Positions 18,909 through 27,499 of a stretch of 64,000 nt of DNA are shown here, in pieces. The DNA is taken from the IMG/VR virus record IMGVR_UViG_3300032327_000348, positions 32,001 through 96,000 of that record. One strand, written 5' to 3'. Positions within the stretch are counted from its first letter, which is position 1. Each line of letters opens with the position of its first letter. Below the pieces are notes generated by a model. The model ran no database searches and was not told the origin of the DNA. It saw nothing but the letters and a program-made list of their open reading frames with translations. Made by a program: the position numbers and the translations under genes. The DNA comes from a virus. Its lineage: Duplodnaviria; Caudoviricetes.

Positions 18909-19279
18909 ACAATCATCTTTCTATCTTGCTTAACGTAGTCACTATAGACTTTTTTACCATTAGTTCTAATCCATTCAACAACGGGTTGAGGATTATCATT
19001 GAATGCTTCTTTTAGTTCATTATAATCCATTGTACTATTGAATTCATAAATTTCATAGGCACGTTGACTGTTGAATTTTGCACGAAGGATCAACTGTTGT
19101 AATGGAATTGCAGGAGGATTATCTGGAAGTTTTTCTTCTTTAAGAATAGCAACAACTTTTAATTTGTCCCATTCATTATACCTGTTCATATACAAGTCAA
19201 CATCATACAAACACTCAAGTCCGTTGCAATCCCACATTGCTAGATAGTGTTTAGTTTTTTTCTTTCTTGACGAGGGCAT
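18905..19279 (-). CDS. Hypothetical protein
   Basis: 124 aa in a coupled operon (AMWDCNGLECL motif). Confidence 0.75.
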   Translation of the reverse strand: MPSSRKKKTKHYLAMWDCNGLECLYDVDLYMNRYNEWDKLKVVAILKEEKLPDNPPAIPLQQLILRAKFNSQRAYEIYEFNSTMDYNELKEAFNDNPQPVVEWIRTNGKKVYSDYVKQDRKMIV

Positions 19280-19493
19280 ATATTATCTCTGCTTTGTTAA
19301 TAGCGTCTGCTAATGAAGGTTCTGTTTCTGCTAGTTTAAGAATTTCTTTCCACTCATACCACTTAGTGATATAATGTTTGCCTGGATCTTCTTTGACCAT
19401 GGATCTATCAGACGATCCACTCTTTCGTGAGTAGACCGTCTTGCCTCCATCTGAACTTTCGTAAATGATTATTTCCTCACTTGATTTAATCAT
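19251..19493 (-). CDS. Hypothetical protein
   Basis: 80 aa, IYESSDGGKTVYSR motif. Confidence 0.7.
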   Translation of the reverse strand: MIKSSEEIIIYESSDGGKTVYSRKSGSSDRSMVKEDPGKHYITKWYEWKEILKLAETEPSLADAINKAEIIYALVKKEKN

Positions 19494-19608
19494 TGTTATT
19501 ACTCAACGCCTCTAGTGCTGTTGCAAGTAATTTAATAAAAACACCCAACACTATACCCAGTACTACTACAATGAAACCATATCCCAAAATATTAAGTACT
19601 AGATCCAT
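19486..19608 (-). CDS. Small single-pass membrane protein (40 aa), not in the ORF track
   Basis: MDLVLNILGYGFIVVVLGIVLGVFIKLLATALEALSNNND*, which fills the gap between its neighbours. Confidence 0.6.
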   Translation of the reverse strand: MDLVLNILGYGFIVVVLGIVLGVFIKLLATALEALSNNND

Positions 19609-19610
19609 GA

Positions 19611-20888
19611 TTACTTACCATCATACAGTGCATATGTACCAAATGGGGGATTTGGATTAGGGTCACCATGAATGATCCAAGTTGTATCGCAGTAATCTGG
19701 ATCACCCCAACTACCACAAGGGTAACCATCAGTGAACACAATCAAACGATTAGGCACATTGCCAACTTTTTTCAAGTAATCAAAGATAGCATCAAAATCT
19801 GTGCCACCACCGCCAACTGGCTCATATGTGTCAATTGAATCAAGATTTTCACTTGTAAAGTCTTGAGGGTTATATGTATCGGTATCAAAACAGAATACAT
19901 GAACCTTGTAACCATCGAATGAGTCCATCATGCCACCGATCTCGCCCAAGAATGCTTGTGCTTGACTGTTACTGATAGAACCTGACATATCGATAGCAAC
20001 GACCACATCAATTTCTTCGCCGGGAGTCATACCAGGCATGATAGCATCCATATGCCAGCCCCTGCGTGAAGGACGCATCCAAGAATAGTCTGTGCGAATA
20101 GCACTTGTCAAATTTGTTTGAATCAGTTCACGCCAGGGCATGATTGGATCAGTAGCCTGCTTAATCAATCGTTCTACACCTAGGGGCAATTGACCTGCTT
20201 CTGCACTTTGTGCGGCGTTGATAATAGCCTGCTTGACTTCCTGACGCATACGTTCACGTTCCTCAGGAGACATTTTAGGGCGCCTGCCTTTGCCTTCTTG
20301 ATCTCCGTCGCCGTCACCTTCACCGTCTTCACCATCCATGTGATCATCAATCATTTGGTCGAGTAGACTGTTGATGTCAATTTTTTGAACATTCTTCATC
20401 AAGTCATCATATACTTCCTCAGCCGCTTTGCCATCATACTTTTGTTCATATAAGCAAGGCACAGTGGTAATGAATTGACCAATCTTATGACGTTTCAAGT
20501 CAGCATTAACGCAATAGTCATCGGCAATGTTCCAGATTTGAGGGTCACGGTCACCTCTGCGACCCATGTGATCGTAAACCACATGTAATACCTCGTGTCC
20601 CACAAGAAACTCAACCTCTTTAGGCTTGAGCATCATAATGAAGCGGCTGTTGTAATAGAATTTCAGACCGTCAGTTGCCGCAGTACTGCACCATTCATCA
20701 GCATTAACCAGTTGCAATCGTGTTGCAAGATTACCAAAAAATGATTGTCGCAACAACAAACCAATACGTGCTGTTACCAATCGTTCACGTGCTAGTGCAT
20801 CAATCTTGGGATCTATAGGTCCTACAAGATTTTCAAATTTAGTACTATGCTTTTTCTTGGCTTTTGATTTTGTGATTACTTCACTCAT
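19611..20888 (-). CDS. Metallopeptidase-like + vWA domain protein (DUF2201-like), MoxR partner
   Basis: TAATDG, HEVLH (HExxH), WNIADDY, acidic Gly linker, MIDAS IDMSGS, GGGGTDF, FTDGY. Confidence 0.88.
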   Translation of the reverse strand: MSEVITKSKAKKKHSTKFENLVGPIDPKIDALARERLVTARIGLLLRQSFFGNLATRLQLVNADEWCSTAATDGLKFYYNSRFIMMLKPKEVEFLVGHEVLHVVYDHMGRRGDRDPQIWNIADDYCVNADLKRHKIGQFITTVPCLYEQKYDGKAAEEVYDDLMKNVQKIDINSLLDQMIDDHMDGEDGEGDGDGDQEGKGRRPKMSPEERERMRQEVKQAIINAAQSAEAGQLPLGVERLIKQATDPIMPWRELIQTNLTSAIRTDYSWMRPSRRGWHMDAIMPGMTPGEEIDVVVAIDMSGSISNSQAQAFLGEIGGMMDSFDGYKVHVFCFDTDTYNPQDFTSENLDSIDTYEPVGGGGTDFDAIFDYLKKVGNVPNRLIVFTDGYPCGSWGDPDYCDTTWIIHGDPNPNPPFGTYALYDGK

Positions 20889-20913
20889 AACAAGTCCTTT
20901 CTGAATATGTTAT

Positions 20914-20942
20914 ATTATAACATATTACTAATTTATTGTCAA
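20914..20942 (-). promoter_or_regulatory. Sigma70-type early promoter
   Basis: TTGACA-17 nt-TATAAT with an extended -10 TG. Confidence 0.85.
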
Positions 20943-20943
20943 A

Positions 20944-21189
20944 TTAATGCAGATTACGAGGTGTAAACATTTCGTTTACAATTTTTTCAATCTCTAGCGG
21001 GTCAGTGTCATCAATAAGGTCACCGATATTTTCATAAAGAGGAGGCAAGGATTGATTAAAAATTTCGCCGGCATCTACCATTTCTTTAATCTGTTGAATC
21101 AATTCATCAAGTTCTTCTTGTGTACCCTCAAAGTTATCAAAGCACCCGGGAGTAAACAAAATTTCAATTTTCTTTTTATCTTCACTCAT
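20944..21189 (-). CDS. Hypothetical acidic protein
   Basis: 81 aa, FTPGCFDNFEGTQEELD motif. Confidence 0.7.
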   Translation of the reverse strand: MSEDKKKIEILFTPGCFDNFEGTQEELDELIQQIKEMVDAGEIFNQSLPPLYENIGDLIDDTDPLEIEKIVNEMFTPRNLH

Positions 21190-21338
21190 AGTGAAAGTCC
21201 TCGATAACCTGCATCAAATGCAATACGTGCATAATTCTGTGCTGAATTAATGACATACAATACCAGGCCCTGGTCCTTTGTTAAACCTTTTGCTCGGGCA
21301 CGTTGTCCCAATGCATAGAAATACTTTTTACCACTCAT
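21186..21338 (-). CDS. Hypothetical protein (50 aa)
   Basis: ATG 21338 follows an AAGGA SD. The track's longer start at 21380 lies inside a terminator. Confidence 0.6.
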   Translation of the reverse strand: MSGKKYFYALGQRARAKGLTKDQGLVLYVINSAQNYARIAFDAGYRGLSL

Positions 21339-21348
21339 AATAATCCTT

Positions 21349-21383
21349 AAAAAAAAGGGTGAGCATATTGCTACACTCACCCT
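21349..21383 (-). terminator. Intrinsic terminator after the AAA+ ATPase gene
   Basis: AGGGTGAG...CTCACCCT stem followed by a T-run on the minus strand. Confidence 0.75.
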
Positions 21384-21398
21384 AAAGGCTAGTAACTA

Positions 21399-22502
21399 TC
21401 AGTTACCAGCTTCCACAATGTACTTGCCGTACTTTTTGTGAAATTCATCAAAATTCTTCAATTGACTTGGTTCAATTGGAAGCTTGTATGTCTTCAATGC
21501 AATCTTTGCACCCATTACAACCAATTCAGTTTCAAAGTTAGCCATAATGTAGTTGAAGAAATTGTCAGCCATTTCATGGAACTTTTTACTATCCACTTTT
21601 TTGTTTTCAAGTACATCACGCAATTCATAGCACATTGAAATGGTCAATGAATACATTGCCGAAATTTCTTTAACTGCAAGGTCCTTAACTTTGCCTGACA
21701 AAATGTCTGCAGGCTCGGGCATCTTACCTGCAATCTTACGGTGTGCCGCAAACTTAACAGCAAGACCTTCACCAACTGAACCTGCAACCAAGTTGAACAA
21801 GGTATCAGTATCGATATTTTCTTCGTCTTGCAACAGATCGGAAACGAAACACCATGAGCGAGGTGTAGCAAACGCACGTGATGCAGACTTACTATCAAAG
21901 TCGTACAAGTCTTGTTTTGCAAAACTCAAATAACCAACAACGTCTTTATGAATGCCTTTGTTCACAGCCCAGTTCTGCCATGATGTAAAGTCAGGGCGCA
22001 TTTCCAAGTGCAAGAAACGATTAGCAAGGGGCATCGGCATACGATATGTAACACCTTTGTCACTGTCACGATTACCTGCCGCAACAATCACGACATTATC
22101 AGGCAGTACATACTTACCGATACGACGGTTCAGAATAAGTTGATAACCGGCGGCTTGTACTGCTGGGGGCGCACTGTTCATTTCATCAAGGAACAGCACA
22201 ACGATAGGGTATTGTGCCGCAAGTTCCTCGCTAGGCAAATCGATAGGGGGCGCAAACTCCATAACGTTTTTGTCTTTATTATAGAAAGGAATACCACGAA
22301 TGTCAGTGGGTTCCATTTGTGCCATACGCAAGTCAATCATATGACCTTTAAGTTCCTGGGCCACCTCTGCAACAACATCAGACTTGCCGATACCGGGAGG
22401 ACCCCAGATAAAGAGTGGTCGTTTTGCTTTGAATGCTTGAAGCATTGCTTTACGTGCTTGAACAGAGGTGATTGTCAGATTGTCAGAGATTTGCGATGCC
22501 AT
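21399..22502 (-). CDS. MoxR-like AAA+ ATPase
   Basis: Walker A GPPGIGKS, Walker B LFLDEMN, sensor AAGNR, Arg finger LANRF, ATPRSW. Confidence 0.9.
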   Translation of the reverse strand: MASQISDNLTITSVQARKAMLQAFKAKRPLFIWGPPGIGKSDVVAEVAQELKGHMIDLRMAQMEPTDIRGIPFYNKDKNVMEFAPPIDLPSEELAAQYPIVVLFLDEMNSAPPAVQAAGYQLILNRRIGKYVLPDNVVIVAAGNRDSDKGVTYRMPMPLANRFLHLEMRPDFTSWQNWAVNKGIHKDVVGYLSFAKQDLYDFDSKSASRAFATPRSWCFVSDLLQDEENIDTDTLFNLVAGSVGEGLAVKFAAHRKIAGKMPEPADILSGKVKDLAVKEISAMYSLTISMCYELRDVLENKKVDSKKFHEMADNFFNYIMANFETELVVMGAKIALKTYKLPIEPSQLKNFDEFHKKYGKYIVEAGN

Positions 22503-22543
22503 TTGATGCTCCTAAAAGATAGAGTTAAATTGAAAGAAATTGT

Positions 22544-22572
22544 AGTGTAACAGAGATTTGATTTATCGTCAA
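22544..22572 (-). promoter_or_regulatory. Sigma70-type early promoter
   Basis: TTGACG-17 nt-TACACT with a TG extension. Confidence 0.7.
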
Positions 22573-22579
22573 ATTATTT

Positions 22580-22879
22580 TTAAATGATTTGGGCAAGAAT
22601 GCGATTGTACACATCAGCCTTGCTCATGTAATAGTCGTAGTCACGTTCGCCGGGACGAAAGTTTTTCCACTGATTCTGACCTGCGTAGGACAGAATGTCA
22701 CGTTTCAATGTTTCGCCGGTATAACTAGCAATGAAGCCATAAAGGTTGTAGTGAGCAATGAAGCCAGAGCACAAATACAAATACTTGTAACCAGTATTAT
22801 TCAGGTTATCAATGTTCTTACATGCTTTCACAACGTTGGAAACAATCAATGTTTTTTGGCGTTCTGTCAGTGGAGTCAT
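22580..22879 (-). CDS. Hypothetical protein
   Basis: 99 aa with its own promoter and AGGA SD. YLYLCSGFIAHYN motif. Confidence 0.75.
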   Translation of the reverse strand: MTPLTERQKTLIVSNVVKACKNIDNLNNTGYKYLYLCSGFIAHYNLYGFIASYTGETLKRDILSYAGQNQWKNFRPGERDYDYYMSKADVYNRILAQII

Positions 22880-22911
22880 TTGAGTTCCTATGTTTCAGTG
22901 TCAATACAAGT

Positions 22912-22940
22912 ATTGTATCACAGAGTCCATTTATTGTCAA
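22912..22940 (-). promoter_or_regulatory. Sigma70-type early promoter
   Basis: TTGACA-17 nt-TACAAT with a TG extension. Confidence 0.75.
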
Positions 22941-22941
22941 A

Positions 22942-23196
22942 TTATTTCATCAATTGTGCCATAAGAATGAGTTTTTCTAGATGGTCAATAGCGTTGTTAA
23001 TTTGCAACACTCTTTCATCTAAAACTGAATACTTTTGTGTGCGCCTCAAAGTTACTTCTAACTTACTAAGTTCTGTTACCATTTTTTCAATATTTTGGTA
23101 CATTTTTTGAAGATCGGGATTGTAACCAATCGCCCCCAATCGTGTTCGTAAGTCAATACTAACTTTATTCCAATCTAATGCACGATGTATTTTCAT
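22942..23196 (-). CDS. Hypothetical helical protein
   Basis: Probable start MKIHRAL at 23196, 6 nt after a -10 box. Confidence 0.7.
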   Translation of the reverse strand: MKIHRALDWNKVSIDLRTRLGAIGYNPDLQKMYQNIEKMVTELSKLEVTLRRTQKYSVLDERVLQINNAIDHLEKLILMAQLMK

Positions 23197-23202
23197 TTGT
23201 TC

Positions 23203-23231
23203 AGTATAACACACATCGTGTATTTTGTCAA
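23203..23231 (-). promoter_or_regulatory. Sigma70-type early promoter (leaderless transcript)
   Basis: TTGACA-17 nt-TATACT with a TG extension. Confidence 0.8.
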
Positions 23232-23234
23232 ATT

Positions 23235-23261
23235 AAAAAAATAAGGACCGAAGTCCTTATT
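23235..23261 (-). terminator. Intrinsic terminator of the tmRNA gene
   Basis: AATAAGGAC-TTCG-GTCCTTATT (cUUCGg tetraloop) followed by a T-run. Confidence 0.88.
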
Positions 23262-23583
23262 GCTATTTTTGGTTACAAGGTATAACTACCTCGCTATTAG
23301 GCGTTTGCTGCCAATAGGAATTGTGAATCGTTTGCGATTACTTTGTTGTGCTTCTGCGACCGGGTCACCCCAATCCTAACGGCTTCTACATTGCCGGACT
23401 GTCCATTTCCGTACTCTTGACCCAATCGATCCTGTGTCAGGCCCATTAGAAAGTACACTAGCACCAGCAACCGGATCAGTGGCGGGGAATCGAACCCACG
23501 TTGATAGTGTACTTACTGGTGGACCCGGCGGGCACTGCCCCCGCGTCTTGAATCCTTTTCTATCTACTTCATACAGTCTTAAC
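23262..23583 (-). ncRNA. ssrA: Circularly permuted (two-piece) tmRNA
   Basis: Acceptor piece ends GCGGG-GGCAGTG-CCCGC-CGGGTCC-A-CCA (3' end 23517). 72-nt intervening segment. Coding piece starts GGGCCTG at 23444, giving an acceptor stem with G3:U70. Resume context TAATC|GCA; tag ANDSQFLLAANA then TAA TAG (23335-23294). Outer boundaries are approximate. Confidence 0.88.
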
Positions 23584-26500
23584 TCAATTGTATTTATTAC
23601 TAAAATACTCTTTTAGCCAAGGCCAATCATAACTTAGTCGTAGTTTGTCTAAATCACCATTGAATGATTCATAGTATTCTACAGCATCTGTGGCACCATC
23701 GATACTATATTGGGCAAAGTCACCTATACCTACAGTTGACCATGTTTTCAATCTGTCTCTACTTACCGGGCTATCATCTAACTTTAGCTTAATTGCTTCA
23801 CGGAAGCTAGTACGCCACGTACTAAATTCGTCAGTGTTGTATCTTGCAACACCGCTATTCAATTCAACAACTTCGTGTTCATTGTCCAACGTAAAGTCAA
23901 GACCTTTACCTATGTTACCCAATGTAATCTGTTTATTGTATGCAATCATAGCTTGGTGACCATACACTAATCCATTGACAGGGTTACTTGCATAAAAAAT
24001 ATAATGCTTTGGTACTTGTAATCTATCTGGTTGCCAACTGAAATCAAACCTACTGTTGACTCGTAACTTAGCAAATACAGTAAACATCCAAGGTGTGTTA
24101 CTTGCTTCTGCAGCCGCGTGATAGGCTTGTACACGACCATTTACACCATCAACTCTAACAACTCTATTAGATAACCCCTTAGTCACGCTCAGTAAGTGTT
24201 CATAGTTCTCGTCAGCGCCGGTTTCACCGTTGCTTAGGAAGACTATATCCAGTGGCCGGGATGTTGCTAGTTTGTTAGATTTAGCAATGTATGGGTAATC
24301 ATACAATTCATTGTTGACATATTCTTTGGCTTCTTTAGGTACAACAATACATGTTCCACCCGTACTAGTAATTAGTATGTTCTTAGATTCTTTTGACCAT
24401 AAACTAATTGGTTCATTGTCAACAACTTTTATTTCTTTGTTGTCTGATGTAATGAATGTAGCATAAGGCCAATCAAAATCAGTATTAGTAACAGAGACAT
24501 GTGTATCACTTTCAGTTATAAAGCTAGGAGCAGGTAAACGTTTTACTTGTTGATGTTGATTGAAGTTAATCTTATCGATATTTTCTAATGTATCTAAATC
24601 TTCAACCAATGTACGCAAACGGTTTACATTGATAAAGAATGTATCGCCGTATTTTTGTTTATCACTAGGGAATACATGCAGTTGTTCCAATGAGAACGGG
24701 TCACATATATAAGTGAAGTCAAAGTTAGTGTAGTCGCAGATAGAACTACACACCCAGATATAGTGATCTTTTTTAATACCCAACTCATACAGCATGTTCT
24801 TCAACGTAGACAAATAATCACCGTCATATTCAATGGTGTAAACATTCTTCTTTGTTTTGTTTTCAAGCAATGATATGATATTATCTATGTTATCATTGCC
24901 ATAGTCAATCAAGTACACATCATATATACAATTGCTTGCGAGTGCTCGTTTTGTTTTAACAAAATTGAGATTATTCAAATGTTCTATGATTTTTACATAC
25001 TTTGTGTCTTCGGGGAACGATTCTTTATTAACTAAGAAAGTTGTACCCCAATGACTCCATTGAGTACCAAACACATGTACCATTTTTTGTTGCCATGGAC
25101 TAGGGTAATAATCAAATGTAAAATCAGTATAATCTAGTTCACTGTTCAATATCCAACACAATTCTGTTTCAGATTTATTGATACAACGATTAATAGTATC
25201 AACCCAACTGTTTAAATACCTTGTCTTTTGAATCTTGGGATAACGTTTTTGTAATTCTTCAAAACGATATTTGCTTTCTATGTTGCTCTTATCAACAAAG
25301 AACATACTCAAGTTACTATCAACTTCAACTTTCTGATCCTCAACATAGTTAAACTCTCTATGACCCATCATGTATAGTGGTGCGTTAACATAGTAAGTTT
25401 GTGTGTTCTTACTATAGTCGTTGCCGAATACGTTAATGTGTCTAAAGTTTTCTTCGTTTGGTTTCCAATTAAAATCAAATTTATCATAATTCAAGTCAGG
25501 GTTGATAGCCCAGAATACTTCATCTTGATGTTGTAATATCAAATCTTCAAGTGTCGTTTTAATCTTGTAACGATTAACTACTGCCTTGCGGGTTTCTTCT
25601 GTTCGTTCCATGAACACAACTTCTGTTGCTCCGGGCACTGTGTATCTAGGACCGTTGTCAGCCCATTGATATATCTGAGGTGGACTGTGTGGGTTAGGTC
25701 TCCAACTAAAGTCAAATGTTTTTAAATCATCGTTGTTGTTTACTGTCCACAATGACATATCAATCTTAGGTATAGCAAGAGGATAGTCCATGTATTTTTT
25801 AATAGTGGCTCCGGGTACAATGTACTCTACTGTTGGTTCAGTCGCACTATCATTCCATTTGTTACCAAAGACATATATCATAGGTGGTTCATATAGATTA
25901 GGGTCAGGCCTCCATCTAAAATCAAAACTATTCATATCAATAGGAATAACTATATTCCATCTGTCCCATTCAGGTGCCAAGTCAACAATATCCATATACT
26001 TGTACTCAGTTGCACCCGGTACATGATATTCAATAGTGGGTTTTTGTTCTGCTGGATAAAATTTGTTACCCCATACATATATGTAGGGTGGACTTGTTGG
26101 GTCGGGTCTCCATGTAAAATCAAACTTAGTTCTATCCACTGGTTGAATTTCTCGCCATCTATCTAATTCAGGTAATACTTCAACCAATTCACTCATATAC
26201 TTGTACTCAGTTGCACCCGGTACATGATATTCAATTGTAGATTGTAATTCTCCGGCAACATGTTTGTTACCCCATACATATATGTAGGGTGGCTCGTGTA
26301 AGTTAGGATCCGGTCTCCATGTAAAATCAAACTTATTTCTATCCACTGGTTGAATCTCTTGCCATCTATCCCATTCTGGTTCTAAATCAACAATACCCAT
26401 GTATTTTTTATCAGTGGCGCCCGGTACTGTATATTCTAATGTAGGTTTAACTTCAGCAGGGTCATATTTGTTACCCCATACATATATGTAGGGTGGACTT

Positions 26501-27489
26501 GTTGGGTCGGGTCTCCATGTAAAATCAAACTTATTTTTATCTATATCGCAATAAACAGTCCAATTATCAGATGGCTTGAGAGCAACATCTTGTGACATAT
26601 GCTTGATGTTAGTCGCACCCGGAACGATATATTCTACTGTGGGTTTTAAATCACTACCATAATGTTTATTACCCCATTGATAGATATAATCAGGTTCTTT
26701 TGGATCGGGAATCCAACAATAGTCAAAATCAATAACATCTTCATGTGTAACCCAATGTTCTGTAGTGGGCAATAATGTTAATAAGTTTGACATGTACTTA
26801 CGTTCAGTAGCGCCCGGTACGTGATACTCTAATGTTGCTTGTGTCTCACCTGGAACATATTTGTTCCCCCACACATAGATATACGCAGGCTCACGTGGAT
26901 CAGGTCTCCATGACATATCAAATTTGTTTTTATCAACTTTATAAAATTCGACCCAACATTCACTATTAGGTAACAATTCTACAACATGATTCATATACTT
27001 GATTTGCGTTGCATTAGGAGTATGATACTCTAAGCAAGTTTTTAATTGTACGGGTGCAAATTTACTACCCCACTTATAGATATAAGGTGGATCAGTTGGG
27101 TCAGGATGCCAACTAAAATCAAATTTAGCACTATCAATTAAATCTAATTCTACCCAATGTTCTGTTTTAATATCTTTTCGTTTAACAATATCAACATCTG
27201 CACGATAGATAGTCAGTGGGTCATCGTTATCTGTGTTACACAACCAAGTGCCACTATCTTTTTGATGTTGACTTGGCCATACATTGTTATGTTCTTGTGC
27301 CCATACATCTTCGTCAGGCAAGAAATCAAAATCAAAATCCCAATCAAAATTTCGATAATCACATAATTCGTTAATTATCCAAAAATGTTCTGTAGTAGAT
27401 TGACTTCTAGCATCAGTTAAATCAATTGCGTGTCGTTCTCTTGGGTGGACATTCGGTTTTTTACCGTAATAAAATACATCTCTTAACAT
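23584..27489 (-). CDS. 1301-aa repeat protein with several degenerate glycosyltransferase-like domains
   Basis: Eight ~66-aa FDFxWxPDP...PYIYVWGNK...EYHVPGAT repeats. The C-terminal domain aligns by eye with the 41849..42802 protein (LDIVFLS..E, RVDGV.G...H.AA.EAS.T, NPVNGLVYG, WR..FRE..K). Confidence 0.8.
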   Translation of the reverse strand: MLRDVFYYGKKPNVHPRERHAIDLTDARSQSTTEHFWIINELCDYRNFDWDFDFDFLPDEDVWAQEHNNVWPSQHQKDSGTWLCNTDNDDPLTIYRADVDIVKRKDIKTEHWVELDLIDSAKFDFSWHPDPTDPPYIYKWGSKFAPVQLKTCLEYHTPNATQIKYMNHVVELLPNSECWVEFYKVDKNKFDMSWRPDPREPAYIYVWGNKYVPGETQATLEYHVPGATERKYMSNLLTLLPTTEHWVTHEDVIDFDYCWIPDPKEPDYIYQWGNKHYGSDLKPTVEYIVPGATNIKHMSQDVALKPSDNWTVYCDIDKNKFDFTWRPDPTSPPYIYVWGNKYDPAEVKPTLEYTVPGATDKKYMGIVDLEPEWDRWQEIQPVDRNKFDFTWRPDPNLHEPPYIYVWGNKHVAGELQSTIEYHVPGATEYKYMSELVEVLPELDRWREIQPVDRTKFDFTWRPDPTSPPYIYVWGNKFYPAEQKPTIEYHVPGATEYKYMDIVDLAPEWDRWNIVIPIDMNSFDFRWRPDPNLYEPPMIYVFGNKWNDSATEPTVEYIVPGATIKKYMDYPLAIPKIDMSLWTVNNNDDLKTFDFSWRPNPHSPPQIYQWADNGPRYTVPGATEVVFMERTEETRKAVVNRYKIKTTLEDLILQHQDEVFWAINPDLNYDKFDFNWKPNEENFRHINVFGNDYSKNTQTYYVNAPLYMMGHREFNYVEDQKVEVDSNLSMFFVDKSNIESKYRFEELQKRYPKIQKTRYLNSWVDTINRCINKSETELCWILNSELDYTDFTFDYYPSPWQQKMVHVFGTQWSHWGTTFLVNKESFPEDTKYVKIIEHLNNLNFVKTKRALASNCIYDVYLIDYGNDNIDNIISLLENKTKKNVYTIEYDGDYLSTLKNMLYELGIKKDHYIWVCSSICDYTNFDFTYICDPFSLEQLHVFPSDKQKYGDTFFINVNRLRTLVEDLDTLENIDKINFNQHQQVKRLPAPSFITESDTHVSVTNTDFDWPYATFITSDNKEIKVVDNEPISLWSKESKNILITSTGGTCIVVPKEAKEYVNNELYDYPYIAKSNKLATSRPLDIVFLSNGETGADENYEHLLSVTKGLSNRVVRVDGVNGRVQAYHAAAEASNTPWMFTVFAKLRVNSRFDFSWQPDRLQVPKHYIFYASNPVNGLVYGHQAMIAYNKQITLGNIGKGLDFTLDNEHEVVELNSGVARYNTDEFSTWRTSFREAIKLKLDDSPVSRDRLKTWSTVGIGDFAQYSIDGATDAVEYYESFNGDLDKLRLSYDWPWLKEYFSNKYN
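25600..27150 (-). repeat. Intragenic tandem repeat of ~200-nt units
   Basis: Near-identical DNA blocks, e.g. gtcgggtctccatgtaaaatcaaactta at 26101 and 26506, and catatacttgtactcagttgcacccggtacatgatattcaat at ~25993 and ~26194. Limits approximate. Confidence 0.85.
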
Positions 27490-27499
27490 AGATACTTAC

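Noticed and set aside
22008-23110. Long plus-strand ORFs (22008..22550, 22589..23110) and similar shadow ORFs elsewhere (e.g. 5270..5734, 16669..17076, 51084..51638)
   Set aside because: They are antisense to well-supported genes and have no recognisable motifs.
23483-23500. GGTTCGATTCC suggesting a tRNA gene
   Set aside because: No D-arm, anticodon arm or acceptor stem can be built around it. It is only a T-loop-like hairpin inside the tmRNA intervening segment.
23434-23616. 60-aa plus-strand ORF in the track
   Set aside because: It is antisense to the tmRNA, whose structure explains the GC-rich sequence.
25600-27150. Direct repeats as a CRISPR array or a DGR template/variable pair
   Set aside because: The units are in-frame ~200-nt coding repeats without unique spacers, and no cas or reverse transcriptase gene is in the window.
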